Assembly: GCA_002104905.1 (NCBI GenBank)
Contig: MCFE01000327.1
Span: 30,341 to 94,340, forward strand
Direction: 5' to 3'
DNA: 64,000 bases
DNA from: Basidiobolus meristosporus CBS 931.73
Taxonomy: Eukaryota; Fungi; Basidiobolomycota
The translations under genes and the position numbers were made by a program. This document shows positions 62,910-64,000 of the stretch, piece after piece. The notes beneath the pieces are model-generated. The model ran no database searches, had not been told where the DNA came from, and worked only from the letters and a program-made list of their open reading frames with translations. Numbering within the stretch: position 1 is the first letter of the stretch; every line of letters starts with the position of its first letter.

Positions 62910-62943
62910 GGGTTAGGGTTAGGTTAGGGGTTAGGGTTAGGGG
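62908..62943 (+). repeat. Telomeric tract of ~6 units including TTAGG and TTAGGGG variants
   Basis: TAGGGTTAGGGTTAGGTTAGGGGTTAGGGTTAGGG. Confidence 0.9.
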
Positions 62944-63186
62944 GGAGACAGTCACCAACAGGTGAAATCTTTATTTCAGTTGAAACAAAGAAGCCAGCGC
63001 TACTGTTGTAGCTTTGATACAAGAGTGTGTAGCTGAGGGGAATTTGTAGGTAAGTTAATAAGAAGTGATGATAGTTCTTCAGTGCTCAAGACACTGTTCA
63101 GTGGGAAGGGAGGTAGCAAGAGAGGTAAGAATGACTTGTGAACAACATTAATGAGGGGAATGTGATAAGGATTGATATTCATCATA
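62944..63186 (-). mobile_element. Module A copy 2, 5'-truncated
   Basis: Matches copy 1; capped by TTT(TTAGGG)2 at 63187-63201. Confidence 0.75.
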
Positions 63187-63201
63187 TTTTTAGGGTTAGG
63201 G

Positions 63202-63644
63202 GGAGGAAAGTCACCAAGTGGTGAAATCTTTATTTACTTATGACAAGTATCTAAAGAAGCCAAGTTAATCTGAAGTAGTTCCTAGTTAGCTAGGTCTGAG
63301 AGAGGTTTCCTGGAAAGCCAGGCCTGAGAAGTGAGAATCTGAATATATCTGAGCTAAGTTATACTGGTTTGCGGTAGCTGAATTGTGGCCGGAATGGCCA
63401 GTAGACTGGGGGAACTGAGATGAATTTCTGGGCAATCACTGGCCAAATTCACTAGGCAAATCTGGCCAATTAGCATTTCAAGGATTTCAGCCAATCAGAG
63501 CCTTTACTTTGCCCGATGGTTGATCAAGCCATCTCCCAATGAGCACACATCAATTTATTGATCAAATTTTGCTGGATCCTGGATTTGAACCCACAACCAT
63601 GGGTATGGAAGGGTTAGGGATAACCACAAGGCTAAGTGTTCTTG
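63202..63644 (-). mobile_element. Module B copy 3, with a 77-bp internal deletion between direct repeats
   Basis: Same 5' and 3' ends as copy 1; lacks the segment between the two TTCCTAG..AGCTAGGTCTGAG repeats. Confidence 0.75.
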
Positions 63645-63651
63645 TTTAGGG

Positions 63652-64000
63652 GGGGAGACAGTCACCAACCGGTGAAATCTTTATTTCAGTTGAAACAAAG
63701 AAGCCAGCGCTACTGTTGTAGCTTTGATACAAGAGTGTGTAGCTGAGGGGAATTTGTAGGTAAGTTAATAAGAAGTGATGATAGTTCTTCAGTGCTCAAG
63801 ACACTGTTCAGTGGGAAGGGGGGTAGCAAGAGAGGTAAGAATGACTTGTGAACAACATTAATGAGGGGAATGTGATAAGGATTGATATTCATCATAAAGG
63901 GAGTGTGCTGCTGCAGATATTGCTGCCAAAGGTCTGTCAAGTACTTCAGGTAGGCCAGCTTGGGTTTTTCTGACTTCAGAATAAATTCAGCAAACTTCTT
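63652..64000 (-). mobile_element. Module A copy 3, longest, runs off the window
   Basis: Preceded by TTAGGG (63646-63651). Minus-strand frame open from the window edge to the stop at 63710 (KKFAEFILKSEKPKLAYLKYLTDLWQQYLQQH...LQQ*); stop position conserved in all three copies. Confidence 0.75.

Noticed and set aside
61103-64000. CRISPR-like or simple satellite reading of the terminal repeats
   Set aside because: Units are 240-650 bp, of three types, in irregular order with variable truncation; there is no constant repeat with unique spacers and no cas genes, and the context is eukaryotic.

Overview
Eukaryotic, intron-containing fungal-type DNA with TTAGGG telomeric repeats. The gene content (CE4-CBM18 deacetylases, AA11 and GH18 with CBM5/12, bacterial-like hydrolase) fits an early-diverging fungus such as a Basidiobolus-like zoopagomycete; this is inference, not an identification. 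1-22.5 kb is a CpG-poor nest of dead transposons: two Ty3/gypsy families, LINE-like remnants, a CACTA-type transposase, a MITE and copia solo LTRs. 22.5-61 kb alternates CpG-rich gene islands with CpG-poor TE blocks. The islands hold a convergent pair of chitin deacetylases, a secreted alpha/beta hydrolase, AA11 and GH18 pseudogenes, an unlisted 54-aa Cys-rich prepropeptide, a U1 snRNA, a two-domain Cys-rich secreted protein, solute-binding-protein and NEK-like kinase pseudogenes, and a tandem family of acidic secreted proteins. The TE blocks include a near-full Ty1/copia element and a LINE RT remnant. From 61,103 to the window end there is a head-to-tail array of at least 7 co-oriented retro-modules of three types, with a short TTAGGG tract at every junction. 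Two types share a 3' AATAAA plus hairpin signature, and one has a tRNA-like Pol III head containing CCCTAACCC. This looks like a chromosome end extended by alternating telomere addition and retro-module addition. All alignments and translations were done by eye; no database searches were run, and boundaries of degenerate elements are approximate.
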